A program made the translations under genes and the position numbers. Below the pieces are notes generated by a model. That model searched no databases. It was not told where the DNA came from and saw nothing but the letters and a program-made list of their open reading frames with translations. Below are positions 26,675 to 36,489 of a stretch of DNA of 64,000 nucleotides, piece after piece. How positions within the stretch are numbered: position 1 is the first letter of the stretch; each line of letters starts with the position of its first letter. The stretch is from an uncultured Lentimicrobiaceae bacterium. GTDB lineage: Bacteria; Bacteroidota; Bacteroidia; Bacteroidales; WCHB1-69. Location: assembly GCA_964610025.1 (NCBI GenBank), contig CAZSTX010000002.1, positions 2,752 to 66,751 of the forward strand, given 5' to 3'.

Positions 26675-28864
26675 ATGAAAAAGATATTATCATTTTGTTT
26701 ATCAGTATTTTTCTTATTAAATACTATTTATTCTCAATCATTCGATATAGTCGAAAAAAGAGTAGAAAAAACTCCTATTCAGAAAGAATTAGTTCAAAAA
26801 TCAGCCCAAACATGGGAAGTGCAATTTGCAGATACATTAAATCCTGGTGCTAGTACTCCTATAGGTATAGTAAGTGATGGGACGTTTTTGTATTCAGGTA
26901 ATGCAAATAAAAATATGATTTTTAAAATTAGTTTTGAATCTGAATTGTTAGATTCTATTGCCATTGCAGGAATGCCTGGAAAATCTCCAGCAACTGGAGC
27001 GTTTATGATAGGATTAGCATACGATGGCACCTATTTATATATGACTAATGGAAACGACACCATTTATCAAATAGATTTAGTAGAAGACAGTGTTGTCGGG
27101 AAAATACCTCTTCCTACCAATACTATCCCATTGGGAATTACTTATGCTTCTGATGCAGACAATGGTAATGGCGGTTTTTGGTTGTCTATGGGAACTGATT
27201 ATGGAGTAAAACTGGCTTCTCTTACTGGAGATATTTTAGATTCAATAAAATGGAATGATTTAAATTATGAACCAGAATACGATATTATTTGGGCACTCGC
27301 TTATGATAATATCTCTGCTGATGGACCTCTTTTATATGCATTAGAAAGAGGACCTCAAACTATTCTTTGTATTAATCCTGCTGATAAATCTATTTATTTT
27401 CCTATTCATAACGTAGGAGACGATATCCCAGATTGGGAAGATTATTATGCTTATGGTATTTATGTGCAAAATGGTGTTGTAGGAGCTACAAATACCTTGG
27501 GAGTTTTCTTTATGTCAGGATTTCATATCGGATATGATATGGCAGGATTACAACTTCCCGCTATTGGATTAGAAATTATAAATAGTTATACCAAACCTTG
27601 GCTAAAAGTAAATGAAACAGGAAATATTTCGGTTAATGTATATCGTTCAGGAAGTGCTGCAATTACATCTTATGATTACAACTACAGTATTGATGATGTT
27701 GTATATACTGAAAATGTTTCAGATGCTAATATCGCTTTAGTTTATCCTTTTACTACTTTATTACATCCAACTACTTTTACTCCTACAGAAGAAGGAGAAT
27801 ACGATTTGAAAATATGGTTCTCAAATATCAATGGGAATGCTTCTGTTACATCAGACACATTTAATATGAAAATAATTGCTTATCAAAAAGTAGTACAAAG
27901 AACTGTTTTACACGAAGTGTTTTCAAGTTCAACTTGCGCCCCTTGTGTAAGTGCAAATATAAAATTAAAATCTATTTTTGAGAAAAATGCTGATAAATTT
28001 ACTTGTGTAAAATATCAAATGAGTTGGCCTGGGTCAGGCGATCCTTACTTTACATTAGAGGGAGATGTTCGTAAAGCATATTATAACGTTTCCGCTGTTC
28101 CTTATTTAGCTACTGATGGAGAGTATTATAATGGAGCACCTAATGTTTATTCTAATGAATTATTACTTTTTGAATATTTACAGCCATCATTTGTTGATAT
28201 GGAGGCCACATTTATTTATGATGGCAACCATAAATACAATACTACATTAACTATCAATCCATTAAAAACTTTTACGGGAAATAAAAAACTTTTTGTAGCT
28301 CTTGTCGAATCGATTACTCGTATGAATATGAAAACAAATGGAGAAAGAGAATTTTTCTATGTATTTAAAAAATTTATGACCAGCGATAAAGGAGATAATA
28401 TTTCATTACAAGAAGACCAAGAAGTAAAAGTCGATTTAGCATTTCATTTTAAAGGAAATTATCGCTTGCCAATAAATGCAGGAAGAGCAATAGATAATGC
28501 TATCGAACATTCTGTTGAAAATTTTAATAATATTATGTTAGTGTATTGGATACAAGATTACGACACTAAAGAAGTTTTGCAATCGGGCAAGGTTGATAAA
28601 GCAGTATTGGGAATTGAAGATATGCAAAGTGGCAAAGGAAATATAAAAGTATATCCTAATCCTGCTGAAGATATGCTTAATATTCAATCTGAAATAGTAT
28701 TTTCAAATATAAAAATTCTCAATGTTTTTGGGCAGGTTATTTATAATATTGCTGTTAATACAAACGAATATAGACTACAAACCTCAGGTTTAGCTGCCGG
28801 ATTGTATATTTTACAGTTGCAAACAGAAAATGGAGTAGAAACGAAGAAAATAAGTATAAAATAA
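26675..28864 (+). CDS. T9SS-sorted secreted protein with propeller-like N-terminal region and an Omp28/thioredoxin-like CxxC module
   Basis: Signal peptide. Repeated GT(F/Y)LY...I(F/Y)(K/Q)I blade-like segments. CAPC motif at 27935-27946 within HEVFSSSTCAPCVSAN. C-terminal Por/T9SS sorting domain (IKVYPNPAEDMLNIQ...GLYILQLQTENGVETKKISIK). Confidence 0.7.
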   Translation: MKKILSFCLSVFFLLNTIYSQSFDIVEKRVEKTPIQKELVQKSAQTWEVQFADTLNPGASTPIGIVSDGTFLYSGNANKNMIFKISFESELLDSIAIAGMPGKSPATGAFMIGLAYDGTYLYMTNGNDTIYQIDLVEDSVVGKIPLPTNTIPLGITYASDADNGNGGFWLSMGTDYGVKLASLTGDILDSIKWNDLNYEPEYDIIWALAYDNISADGPLLYALERGPQTILCINPADKSIYFPIHNVGDDIPDWEDYYAYGIYVQNGVVGATNTLGVFFMSGFHIGYDMAGLQLPAIGLEIINSYTKPWLKVNETGNISVNVYRSGSAAITSYDYNYSIDDVVYTENVSDANIALVYPFTTLLHPTTFTPTEEGEYDLKIWFSNINGNASVTSDTFNMKIIAYQKVVQRTVLHEVFSSSTCAPCVSANIKLKSIFEKNADKFTCVKYQMSWPGSGDPYFTLEGDVRKAYYNVSAVPYLATDGEYYNGAPNVYSNELLLFEYLQPSFVDMEATFIYDGNHKYNTTLTINPLKTFTGNKKLFVALVESITRMNMKTNGEREFFYVFKKFMTSDKGDNISLQEDQEVKVDLAFHFKGNYRLPINAGRAIDNAIEHSVENFNNIMLVYWIQDYDTKEVLQSGKVDKAVLGIEDMQSGKGNIKVYPNPAEDMLNIQSEIVFSNIKILNVFGQVIYNIAVNTNEYRLQTSGLAAGLYILQLQTENGVETKKISIK

Positions 28865-28871
28865 TATCTGT

Positions 28872-28902
28872 AAAGCTGTCTCAAAAAGGCAGCTTTTTTT
28901 TT
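28872..28902 (+). terminator. Rho-independent terminator after the T9SS cargo gene
   Basis: 9-bp stem AAAGCTGTC/GGCAGCTTT (one G-U pair) with a 7-nt loop, followed by a run of 9 T. Confidence 0.7.
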
Positions 28903-28906
28903 ACTT

Positions 28907-29272
28907 CTATTTTTTTATATCATTACTATTTAAAGTAATGCTTACAGCTTCAATTTTACCTCCCATTGGAGGATTAAGTTTACGTATTTTCACTTCTATC
29001 GATTTGATTTGAGGAAATTGTTTTTGAATTTTCTTAATGATTCGGTAGGCTATATTTTCTAATAATAAGGAAGTTTTTTTGAGTTCTTGTTGTATTAATA
29101 AATAGACTGTTTGGTAATTGATAGTTTTGGTTAAATCATCTTCTTTTGCAGCAGTCAATATATCACATTCTAAACAACAATCTACAGTAAAATTAGTCCC
29201 TATTCTACGCTCTTCTTCATAGCACCCGTGATGTGCATAAAAATACATATTTTCTATTTCAATTTTTGCCAT
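28907..29272 (-). CDS. folB: Dihydroneopterin aldolase
   Basis: MAKIEIENMYFYAHHGCYEEERRIGTNFTVD is a typical FolB N-terminus. The start is set at ATG 29272 because the ORF-track start at 29317 lies upstream of the putative -7 box. Confidence 0.85.
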   Translation of the reverse strand: MAKIEIENMYFYAHHGCYEEERRIGTNFTVDCCLECDILTAAKEDDLTKTINYQTVYLLIQQELKKTSLLLENIAYRIIKKIQKQFPQIKSIEVKIRKLNPPMGGKIEAVSITLNSNDIKK

Positions 29273-29295
29273 AATCTTTCTTTTTTTTATGCCTG

Positions 29296-29303
29296 CAAAA
29301 GTA
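29296..29303 (-). promoter_or_regulatory. Putative -7 box (TACTTTTG) for folB
   Basis: Minus-strand TACTTTTG, 23 nt upstream of ATG 29272. Confidence 0.45.
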
Positions 29304-29366
29304 CATTTTTTAGTCAAATAAAAAGAAAAAAACTATATTTTTATTGTTTTATATCATAATTTTACG

Positions 29367-29374
29367 TATCTTTG
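29367..29374 (+). promoter_or_regulatory. Putative -7 box (TATCTTTG) for gyrB
   Basis: TATCTTTG, 27 nt upstream of ATG 29402. Confidence 0.45.
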
Positions 29375-29401
29375 CCATAGATCGTGATAATTATTAAATA
29401 A

Positions 29402-31375
29402 ATGAATATGAGTGATTTAATCTTAGAAAAAGAAAAAAATTATACCGCCGACAACATACAAGTATTAGAAGGTTTAGAAGCTGTTCGTAAACGTCCAGCT
29501 ATGTATATAGGAGACATAGGAGAGCGAGGACTTCACCATTTAGTTTATGAAGTGGTCGATAATTCTATTGACGAAGCTCTTGCAGGTTATTGCGATAAAA
29601 TAGATGTAATAATTCATCAAAATAATTCCATATCGGTTCAAGACAATGGACGAGGTATTCCGACTGATTTACATGAAAAGGAGAACAGATCGGCATTAGA
29701 AGTTGTATTAACTGTGCTACATGCTGGCGGAAAATTTGATAAAGGCTCGTATAAAGTATCAGGAGGGCTGCATGGGATAGGAATTTCATGTGTCAATGCT
29801 TTAGCTAAACAATTAAAAGTTGAAGTGTTTCGTGAAGGGAAGCATTTTAAACAAGAATACGAAATAGGAGTGCCTTTATATCCTGTTAAAGAAGTAGGAA
29901 CAACTGATAAACGAGGCACTTATATATGGTTTTTGCCCGATTATAGTATTTTTGCTGCACAAGAATATAGATTTGAAACACTAGCTGCCCGTTTGCGAGA
30001 ATTAGCATTTTTAAATAAAGGAATTACATTGACAATTATCGATGAACGAGTGAAAGATATTAATAATAATTACTTAACACAAAGTTTTTATTCAGAGAAA
30101 GGATTAATAGATTTTATTAATTATTTAGATGGAAATAGAGAAAAGTTAATGGAAAATCCTATTTATATGGAAGGAGAAAAGGCAGGAGTTCCTATCGAAG
30201 TAGTGATGCAGTACAATACAGCTTATTCTGAAAACTTGCATTCTTATGTCAATAATATCAACACCCATGAAGGAGGAACTCACTTAACAGGATTTAGAAG
30301 AGGATTAACTCGCACCTTAAAAAAATATGCAGATGACCAAAAATTATTAGAAAAACTTGAAAAACAAAAGATAGAAATTAGTGGCGATGATTTTAGAGAA
30401 GGGCTAACAGCAATTATATCGGTAAAAGTAGCAGAACCCCAATTTGAAGGACAAACTAAAACTAAATTAGGAAATGGTGAGATAGAAGGAGTTGTTAGTC
30501 AGATTGTAAGCGAAATGCTTTCTTATTATTTAGAAGAACATCCCAAAGAAGCACGCTATATAGTAGATAAAGTAATTTTAGCAGCTACAGCACGACATGC
30601 TGCACGTAAAGCACGCGACCTTGTTCAACGAAAAAATATATTATCAGGTTCAGGGTTACCTGGTAAACTCTCTGATTGTTCGGATAAAGACCCTGCAAAA
30701 TGTGAACTTTTTATTGTGGAGGGCGATTCGGCAGGTGGAACTGCAAAACAAGGACGGGATAATCGTACACAAGCCATACTTCCTTTACGTGGAAAAATAT
30801 TGAATGTTGAAAAAGCAATGCAACACCGTATATTCGATAATGAAGAAATTAAAAATATTTATACAGCATTAGGTGTTACTATTGGCACTGAAGAAGATTC
30901 AAAAGCATTGAATTTGGCGAAATTAAGATACCATAAAATAGTCATTATGACCGATGCCGATATTGATGGAAGTCATATTGCGACCTTACTTTTAACTTTC
31001 TTTTTCCGCTATATGAAAGAACTTATCGAACAAGGTTATGTTTATATTGCAACACCGCCTTTGTATTTAGTAAAAAGAGGAAAAGAAGAACAATATTGTT
31101 GGAGTGATGAAGAAAGAGATGCAATTGTGAAAAATTATCAGGAAGAAGGAAAAGATAAAGGAATTATAATACAACGTTATAAAGGACTTGGAGAGATGAA
31201 TTATGACCAATTGTGGCAAACAACAATGAACCCTGAATTTAGAACACTTAGGCAAGTTACTATAGAAAATGCTATTGAAGCAGATTATGTTTTTTCGATG
31301 CTTATGGGTGATGAAGTTCCGCCACGTAGAGAATTTATCGAGAAAAATGCTCGTTATGCTAACATTGACGCATAA
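29402..31375 (+). CDS. gyrB: DNA gyrase subunit B
   Basis: GLHHLVYEVVDNSIDEA (GHKL ATPase), EGDSAGG and PLRGKILNVEKA (Toprim), IMTDADIDGSHI. Confidence 0.97.
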   Translation: MNMSDLILEKEKNYTADNIQVLEGLEAVRKRPAMYIGDIGERGLHHLVYEVVDNSIDEALAGYCDKIDVIIHQNNSISVQDNGRGIPTDLHEKENRSALEVVLTVLHAGGKFDKGSYKVSGGLHGIGISCVNALAKQLKVEVFREGKHFKQEYEIGVPLYPVKEVGTTDKRGTYIWFLPDYSIFAAQEYRFETLAARLRELAFLNKGITLTIIDERVKDINNNYLTQSFYSEKGLIDFINYLDGNREKLMENPIYMEGEKAGVPIEVVMQYNTAYSENLHSYVNNINTHEGGTHLTGFRRGLTRTLKKYADDQKLLEKLEKQKIEISGDDFREGLTAIISVKVAEPQFEGQTKTKLGNGEIEGVVSQIVSEMLSYYLEEHPKEARYIVDKVILAATARHAARKARDLVQRKNILSGSGLPGKLSDCSDKDPAKCELFIVEGDSAGGTAKQGRDNRTQAILPLRGKILNVEKAMQHRIFDNEEIKNIYTALGVTIGTEEDSKALNLAKLRYHKIVIMTDADIDGSHIATLLLTFFFRYMKELIEQGYVYIATPPLYLVKRGKEEQYCWSDEERDAIVKNYQEEGKDKGIIIQRYKGLGEMNYDQLWQTTMNPEFRTLRQVTIENAIEADYVFSMLMGDEVPPRREFIEKNARYANIDA

Positions 31376-31397
31376 CAAAAGAATAGTTTTATACTAT

Positions 31398-32027
31398 TTA
31401 ATAAGTATATACCAACATATAATCATCTATTTCTTTATAAAATAAATGATGGTTACGAATAAAATCATTGATTTTTATAGATATTAAAGAAAATTGTTCC
31501 TTGTCATAAAAATTGAATGCCTCTAAACATAGATGCTCATTAAATAGTGGTTGTTTATCGGAATACATCTTATAAATACATTCTTTAGCTCCCCAATACA
31601 CATGCAACAGTTTGGTATCTTGCAAATTGATGGTGTTAAATTCTGAGAAAGTTAAAAATCGAGATGCTAATGTTGGCATACGTTCTGAAATTTTTTCAAT
31701 ATCAATGCCTATTGGTTGGTTGGGAGAGATAAAAACTGCAGCATATTTACCAGAATGAGAAACAGAAATATGTGTATTGCTATTTTCTATAAAAGGCTTC
31801 CCTTGTGAGTTATACACAATAGAAACATCTTGTTCGAGAAGGTGTTTTAATAAAATACGATATGCTAAACCTTGCTTACGCTTTTTTTCGGTTTTTATAC
31901 TGTTAAAATAGAATGTATCTATAGCCGATGGGTGGTATAATTTCAATAAAGTATTTTCATCTTCATTAATTTCCCATATACCCCATTTGCCAACTCCTTG
32001 AATATTTTCGATAAAACTAATAGGCAT
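31398..32027 (-). CDS. 4'-phosphopantetheinyl transferase (Sfp-type)
   Basis: 209 aa with GKPF...ISVSHSGKYAAV and IGIDIE motifs of the PPTase superfamily. Confidence 0.75.
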   Translation of the reverse strand: MPISFIENIQGVGKWGIWEINEDENTLLKLYHPSAIDTFYFNSIKTEKKRKQGLAYRILLKHLLEQDVSIVYNSQGKPFIENSNTHISVSHSGKYAAVFISPNQPIGIDIEKISERMPTLASRFLTFSEFNTINLQDTKLLHVYWGAKECIYKMYSDKQPLFNEHLCLEAFNFYDKEQFSLISIKINDFIRNHHLFYKEIDDYMLVYTY

Positions 32028-32035
32028 AATCGTTG

Positions 32036-34096
32036 CTATTTAACGGAACTACCGTTATCTGTCTGATTGATAGGGGAAACTAAACATAATTCTCCTTTTG
32101 AATTTTCAGCCATAAGTATCATTCCTTTAGAATAAATTCCTTTTATTTCTTTCCCTTCCAAATTAATTAGCATAATAACTTGCTTGCCGATTAAATCTTC
32201 AGGTTCATAAAATTCGGCGATGCCACTGACAATAGTACGTTGGTCGATTCCTGTATCAACTTTTAATTGTAAAAGTTTTTTTGTTTTTACTACTTTTTTG
32301 GCTTCTAATATTGTACAAGTTCGTATATCCATTTTCTGAAAATCGTCGAAAGAAATATTTTCTTTTTGAGGATTTATCGACTGGGAGTTTATTTTATTTT
32401 CGATTTTATTTTTATTTAATTTTTCTAATTGCGTCTCAATAATTGAATCTTCAATTTTATCAAATAATAGTTGAGGCGTATTGATTTTATGATTGTTAGA
32501 GAGCAAGCTGATAGAGCCTGCTTGTTCCCAATTTAATTTTGACAAATTCAATAAATTTCTTAATTTAGTAGCAGTGAATGGGAGAAATGGTTCAGATAAA
32601 ATACTTAAATTAGCTCCAATTTGCAATGCAAGGTTCAATATAGTCTGGACTCTTAAAGGATTATCGTTATAAATTTTCCATGGTTCCATATCAGTCAAGT
32701 ATTTATTCCCCAAACGTGCAAGATTCATTAATTCGGACAGTGCTTCACGAAAATGGTATTTTTCTATATTTCGACCAATAAGTTCAGGATATTGAGTTAT
32801 AGAATGTATGAGTGTGTTATCTTCTGTTTCCAAAGAGGAAATAGCAGGGACTTTCCCGTTAAAATATTTATGTGTAAGGACAAGCGTTCTATTAATAAAA
32901 TTACCGTAGATGGCTAATAGTTCGTTATTGTTTTTTGCTTGAAAATCTTTCCATGTAAAATCATTATCTTTTGTTTCAGGAGCATTAACAATTAATGTAT
33001 AACGTAATACGTCTTGTTTGTCTTTAAAATCGGCTAAATATTCGTGTAGCCAAATAGCCCAATTTTTAGAAGTAGATATTTTATCATTTTCTAAATTCAT
33101 AAATTCATTGGCAGGAACGTTGTTGGGCAATATATAAGAGCCATTTGCTTTTAGCATTGCAGGAAAAATAATGCAATGAAATACAATATTATCTTTTCCA
33201 ATAAAATGAACAAGTTTTGTTTCGTCTGATTTCCAATAATGTTGCCAATCTTTCTTGTGATTTAAAGCCCATTCTTTTGTAGCAGAAATATAGCCTATTG
33301 GAGCATCAAACCAAACATAGAGTACTTTGCCTTCTGCATTAGGGAGAGGTACTTTTACACCCCAATCTAAATCTCTTGTAACAGCACGCGAACGTAATCC
33401 CATATCAATCCAAGACTTGCATTGCCCATATACATTTGGTTTCCAATCGTTTTTGTGGTCTTCTAAAATCCATTGACGAAAAAAACTTTCGTATTCTTCT
33501 AATGGCAAAAACCAATGTTTTGTATCTTTCATAATGGGTTTATTGCCACTTAGCAGGGAAGTTGGGTTAATTAAGTCTGTAGCATTTAAACTTGTGCCGC
33601 AAACTTCACATTGGTCACCATAAGCTTTTTCGTTACCACAGTGCGGACAGGTGCCTATAATGTAACGGTCAGCTAAAAATTGTTGGGCTTCTTCATCATA
33701 GTATTGTTGGGTAGTTTTTTCAATAAATTTATTATTGTTGTATAGTTCGGTAAAAAATGTAGCTGCTGTTTCGTGATGAATGGCATTAGAAGTGCGAGAA
33801 TAAATATCAAAACTAATTCCAAATTCTTCAAAAGATTTTTTATTCATATAATGATAACGATCAACAATAGCTTGAGGTGTAGTATTTTCGCTACGTGCTT
33901 TAATAGTAATAGGAACCCCATGTTCATCAGAACCTCCAATAAATAAAACTTTATTGTTCGTCGAACGTAAATAGCGAACATAGATGTCGGCAGGAATATA
34001 AACTCCTGCTAAATGACCAATGTGCAAAGGTCCATTTGCATAAGGAAGAGCAGAGGTAACTGTATATTGTTTAAATTTATTTTCTGTATATGTCAT
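32036..34096 (-). CDS. metG: Methionine--tRNA ligase with C-terminal tRNA-binding (Trbp111/EMAP-like) domain
   Basis: HIGH motif (PLHIGHLAG), zinc knuckles CPHCG...CEVCG, KMSKS-like KISTSK, C-terminal OB-fold tail. Confidence 0.96.
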   Translation of the reverse strand: MTYTENKFKQYTVTSALPYANGPLHIGHLAGVYIPADIYVRYLRSTNNKVLFIGGSDEHGVPITIKARSENTTPQAIVDRYHYMNKKSFEEFGISFDIYSRTSNAIHHETAATFFTELYNNNKFIEKTTQQYYDEEAQQFLADRYIIGTCPHCGNEKAYGDQCEVCGTSLNATDLINPTSLLSGNKPIMKDTKHWFLPLEEYESFFRQWILEDHKNDWKPNVYGQCKSWIDMGLRSRAVTRDLDWGVKVPLPNAEGKVLYVWFDAPIGYISATKEWALNHKKDWQHYWKSDETKLVHFIGKDNIVFHCIIFPAMLKANGSYILPNNVPANEFMNLENDKISTSKNWAIWLHEYLADFKDKQDVLRYTLIVNAPETKDNDFTWKDFQAKNNNELLAIYGNFINRTLVLTHKYFNGKVPAISSLETEDNTLIHSITQYPELIGRNIEKYHFREALSELMNLARLGNKYLTDMEPWKIYNDNPLRVQTILNLALQIGANLSILSEPFLPFTATKLRNLLNLSKLNWEQAGSISLLSNNHKINTPQLLFDKIEDSIIETQLEKLNKNKIENKINSQSINPQKENISFDDFQKMDIRTCTILEAKKVVKTKKLLQLKVDTGIDQRTIVSGIAEFYEPEDLIGKQVIMLINLEGKEIKGIYSKGMILMAENSKGELCLVSPINQTDNGSSVK

Positions 34097-34143
34097 TGAT
34101 ATTTAGTTATTTATTTTAAATAAAAAAGCCTTATTATAAGGTG

Positions 34144-34151
34144 CAAATATA
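34144..34151 (-). promoter_or_regulatory. Putative -7 box (TATATTTG) for metG
   Basis: Minus-strand TATATTTG, 48 nt upstream of ATG 34096. Confidence 0.4.
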
Positions 34152-34217
34152 CATGATTTTTTCTATAGATTGGCAAAGTTAGCAAAACAATATTTATTTT
34201 TATATAAAAATAAATAC

Positions 34218-34225
34218 TATCTTTG
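34218..34225 (+). promoter_or_regulatory. Putative -7 box (TATCTTTG) for the ccsBA-like pair
   Basis: TATCTTTG, 27 nt upstream of ATG 34253. Confidence 0.45.
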
Positions 34226-34252
34226 CATAATAAGATTTTAAAAAGTTATTAA

Positions 34253-35125
34253 ATGCAAGAAAAAAACACATTAAAAATAAAGAGTAGTATTAAAATAATT
34301 CTTTCTCTGATAGCAAGTGTTATATTAATAGTAACTTTAAGTATGATTACTGTTGATATTCGTAGTTTTTCTTTTCCTATTAACTTGTTTATAATATTAG
34401 GGTTAGTATATATAATAGTGCTTGCTGGTAGATTGTCAGAGAGAGTTCGTTTTTTATCTACCAAAAAAGCAGCTTTAGTAAGTATTGTTAGTGTTATTGT
34501 GTTGATGATATTACATTGGTTGTTTTATCATCGTCAGATTTTTTTTCATAACAACTTCCCTGTAGCATTATATGATTTTCCCTTTTCTGCTTTATTTATT
34601 GTTGTTTGGATATTTTTCTTATTAGTATTGGGAGCTATTGTGGTACGAAGAATAACAGTAGTAAAAAAAAATAATATTGGTTTTTTATTGAATCATATTG
34701 GATTGTGGCTTGCATTGTCGGCAGGTCTTTTTGGACAAGCCGATAGTTATACTTTACAAACAACGTTGATTAAAAACAATATGACGTCACAAGCTATTAC
34801 AAAGAGAGGGCAGCTTATGGACTTGCCTTTTCATGTAGGCTTATATGAAATTTATTCAGAATTTTACGCTACGGGCGAACCTAAAACTCTTAAAGCGACT
34901 ATTTTTATAGGAAAAAACAATAAAATAAAGAAAAAAACAATTGCTGTCAACCATCCTTATCGCTATAAAAATTATGACATATATTTAATGAAAGTAGGGA
35001 GTAATAGCTGTAAAATACAAATTGTATATGAACCATGGCGTTATATCGTCTTGATAGGTATTATAATGATGATGTTTGGAACAGTGTGTCTTTTCTATAA
35101 CGGAATAAAATCTTTAAAAGAATGA
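34253..35125 (+). CDS. ResB/CcsB-like cytochrome c biogenesis membrane protein (short form)
   Basis: TM helices flank a soluble loop. ResB-like C-terminal block VNHPYRYKNYDIYL, His in NHIGLW. Overlaps ccsA by 4 nt. Confidence 0.6.
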   Translation: MQEKNTLKIKSSIKIILSLIASVILIVTLSMITVDIRSFSFPINLFIILGLVYIIVLAGRLSERVRFLSTKKAALVSIVSVIVLMILHWLFYHRQIFFHNNFPVALYDFPFSALFIVVWIFFLLVLGAIVVRRITVVKKNNIGFLLNHIGLWLALSAGLFGQADSYTLQTTLIKNNMTSQAITKRGQLMDLPFHVGLYEIYSEFYATGEPKTLKATIFIGKNNKIKKKTIAVNHPYRYKNYDIYLMKVGSNSCKIQIVYEPWRYIVLIGIIMMMFGTVCLFYNGIKSLKE

Positions 35126-35907
35126 TTAATTGGGATAATTTTTATATTTTTATATTGATTACAATATTTTTTTGGGGAATATCTTCTTTGTTTTCAATGC
35201 GTAACAATTTAACTAAACAAAAATATGCTATTGTTTTATGTTTTTATATAGTTGGGATAGTTTCATTGGCAATATTTATTGTTGGGCTTGGTTTTTATTT
35301 AGACCGTCCTCCTATGTTGACAATGGGTGAAATACGTTTATGGTATGCTTTTTTTCTTGGAATAGTTGGCTTGATTATTTATTTACGTTGGAATTTTACA
35401 TGGATTTTATTATTTTCAACTATTTTATCTTCTGTATTTTTAATAATAAATCTGATGCGTCCAGAGTTGCATAGCAAAATCTTAATGCCAGCTTTACAAA
35501 GTATTTATTTTATCCCTCATGTGATAATATATATGTTGTCTTATGCCTTATTGGGAGCTTCTTTTTTTATAGCGCTTTATGGATTATTGAAAAAAAATAC
35601 ATCTTATTTGCATGCATGTGATAATTTGGTTATTGTAGGAGTCGCACTTTTTATGTTTGCAATGTTGATAGGAGCTTTATGGGCTAAAGAAGCATGGGGG
35701 CATTATTGGACATGGGATGCTAAAGAATTATGGGCAGCTATTACTTGGATGATTTATTTGTTTTATTTGCATTTTAGAAGTTTCAAATCAAAAAATGATA
35801 AAACTTCTTATCTTATTCTTATTTTCGCTTTTATTGCTTTGCAAATGTGTTGGTATGGAGTGAATATTTTCCCTTCATTAAAAGAAAGTTTACATACTTA
35901 TATTTGA
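35122..35907 (+). CDS. ccsA: Cytochrome c-type biogenesis protein CcsA (system II heme handling)
   Basis: Tryptophan-rich WWD motif (WAKEAWGHYWTWDAKELWA), 8 predicted TM helices, conserved His residues. Confidence 0.85.
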   Translation: MINWDNFYIFILITIFFWGISSLFSMRNNLTKQKYAIVLCFYIVGIVSLAIFIVGLGFYLDRPPMLTMGEIRLWYAFFLGIVGLIIYLRWNFTWILLFSTILSSVFLIINLMRPELHSKILMPALQSIYFIPHVIIYMLSYALLGASFFIALYGLLKKNTSYLHACDNLVIVGVALFMFAMLIGALWAKEAWGHYWTWDAKELWAAITWMIYLFYLHFRSFKSKNDKTSYLILIFAFIALQMCWYGVNIFPSLKESLHTYI

Positions 35908-36486
35908 AGATGATAAATGAAGTAGTTGTTTATGAATTTCTAATACTTGAGGAATTTCTAGGGTTTTTTCATCGCTGGTAATACAAAAATCATAAGGAGG
36001 AATAGCTGAATTTTGTTTTGACATACGTTCTAAAACAGATAAATGAGTAATATTATCTCGCTTCATTACTCTTTTAATAGCAATTTGTTCTGGACAATTA
36101 ATGTAAATAATTTTTGAAAATAGATGTGTTAAATTACTTTCATAAATAATTGCAGATTCAAAAAGAATATAGGGTACATTTATTTTATTTTGACACCAGT
36201 TTTGGAAATCGTTTATAACTAAAGGGTGTATGATGTTGTTTAATGCCAATAATTTATTATTATCATTAAAAACAATAGATGCCAATATTTTTTTATCAAT
36301 ATTTTTATTAGTATCTAGTATTTTATTGCCAAACAACTTGAAAATTGTTTGAATAACATCAGGGTCGTTATAAAATTTTTTTGCTTCAATATCGCTATAA
36401 TAAACAGGAATACCAATACTTTCAAATATACGACATATGGTACTTTTACCACTACCTATTTTTCCAGTAATTCCTATTTTTAGCAT
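35890..36486 (-). CDS. coaE: Dephospho-CoA kinase
   Basis: P-loop GITGKIGSGKST at the N-terminus, 198 aa. The 3' end overlaps the convergent ccsA 3' end by 18 nt. Confidence 0.88.
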   Translation of the reverse strand: MLKIGITGKIGSGKSTICRIFESIGIPVYYSDIEAKKFYNDPDVIQTIFKLFGNKILDTNKNIDKKILASIVFNDNNKLLALNNIIHPLVINDFQNWCQNKINVPYILFESAIIYESNLTHLFSKIIYINCPEQIAIKRVMKRDNITHLSVLERMSKQNSAIPPYDFCITSDEKTLEIPQVLEIHKQLLHLSSSNISM

Positions 36487-36489
36487 AAT

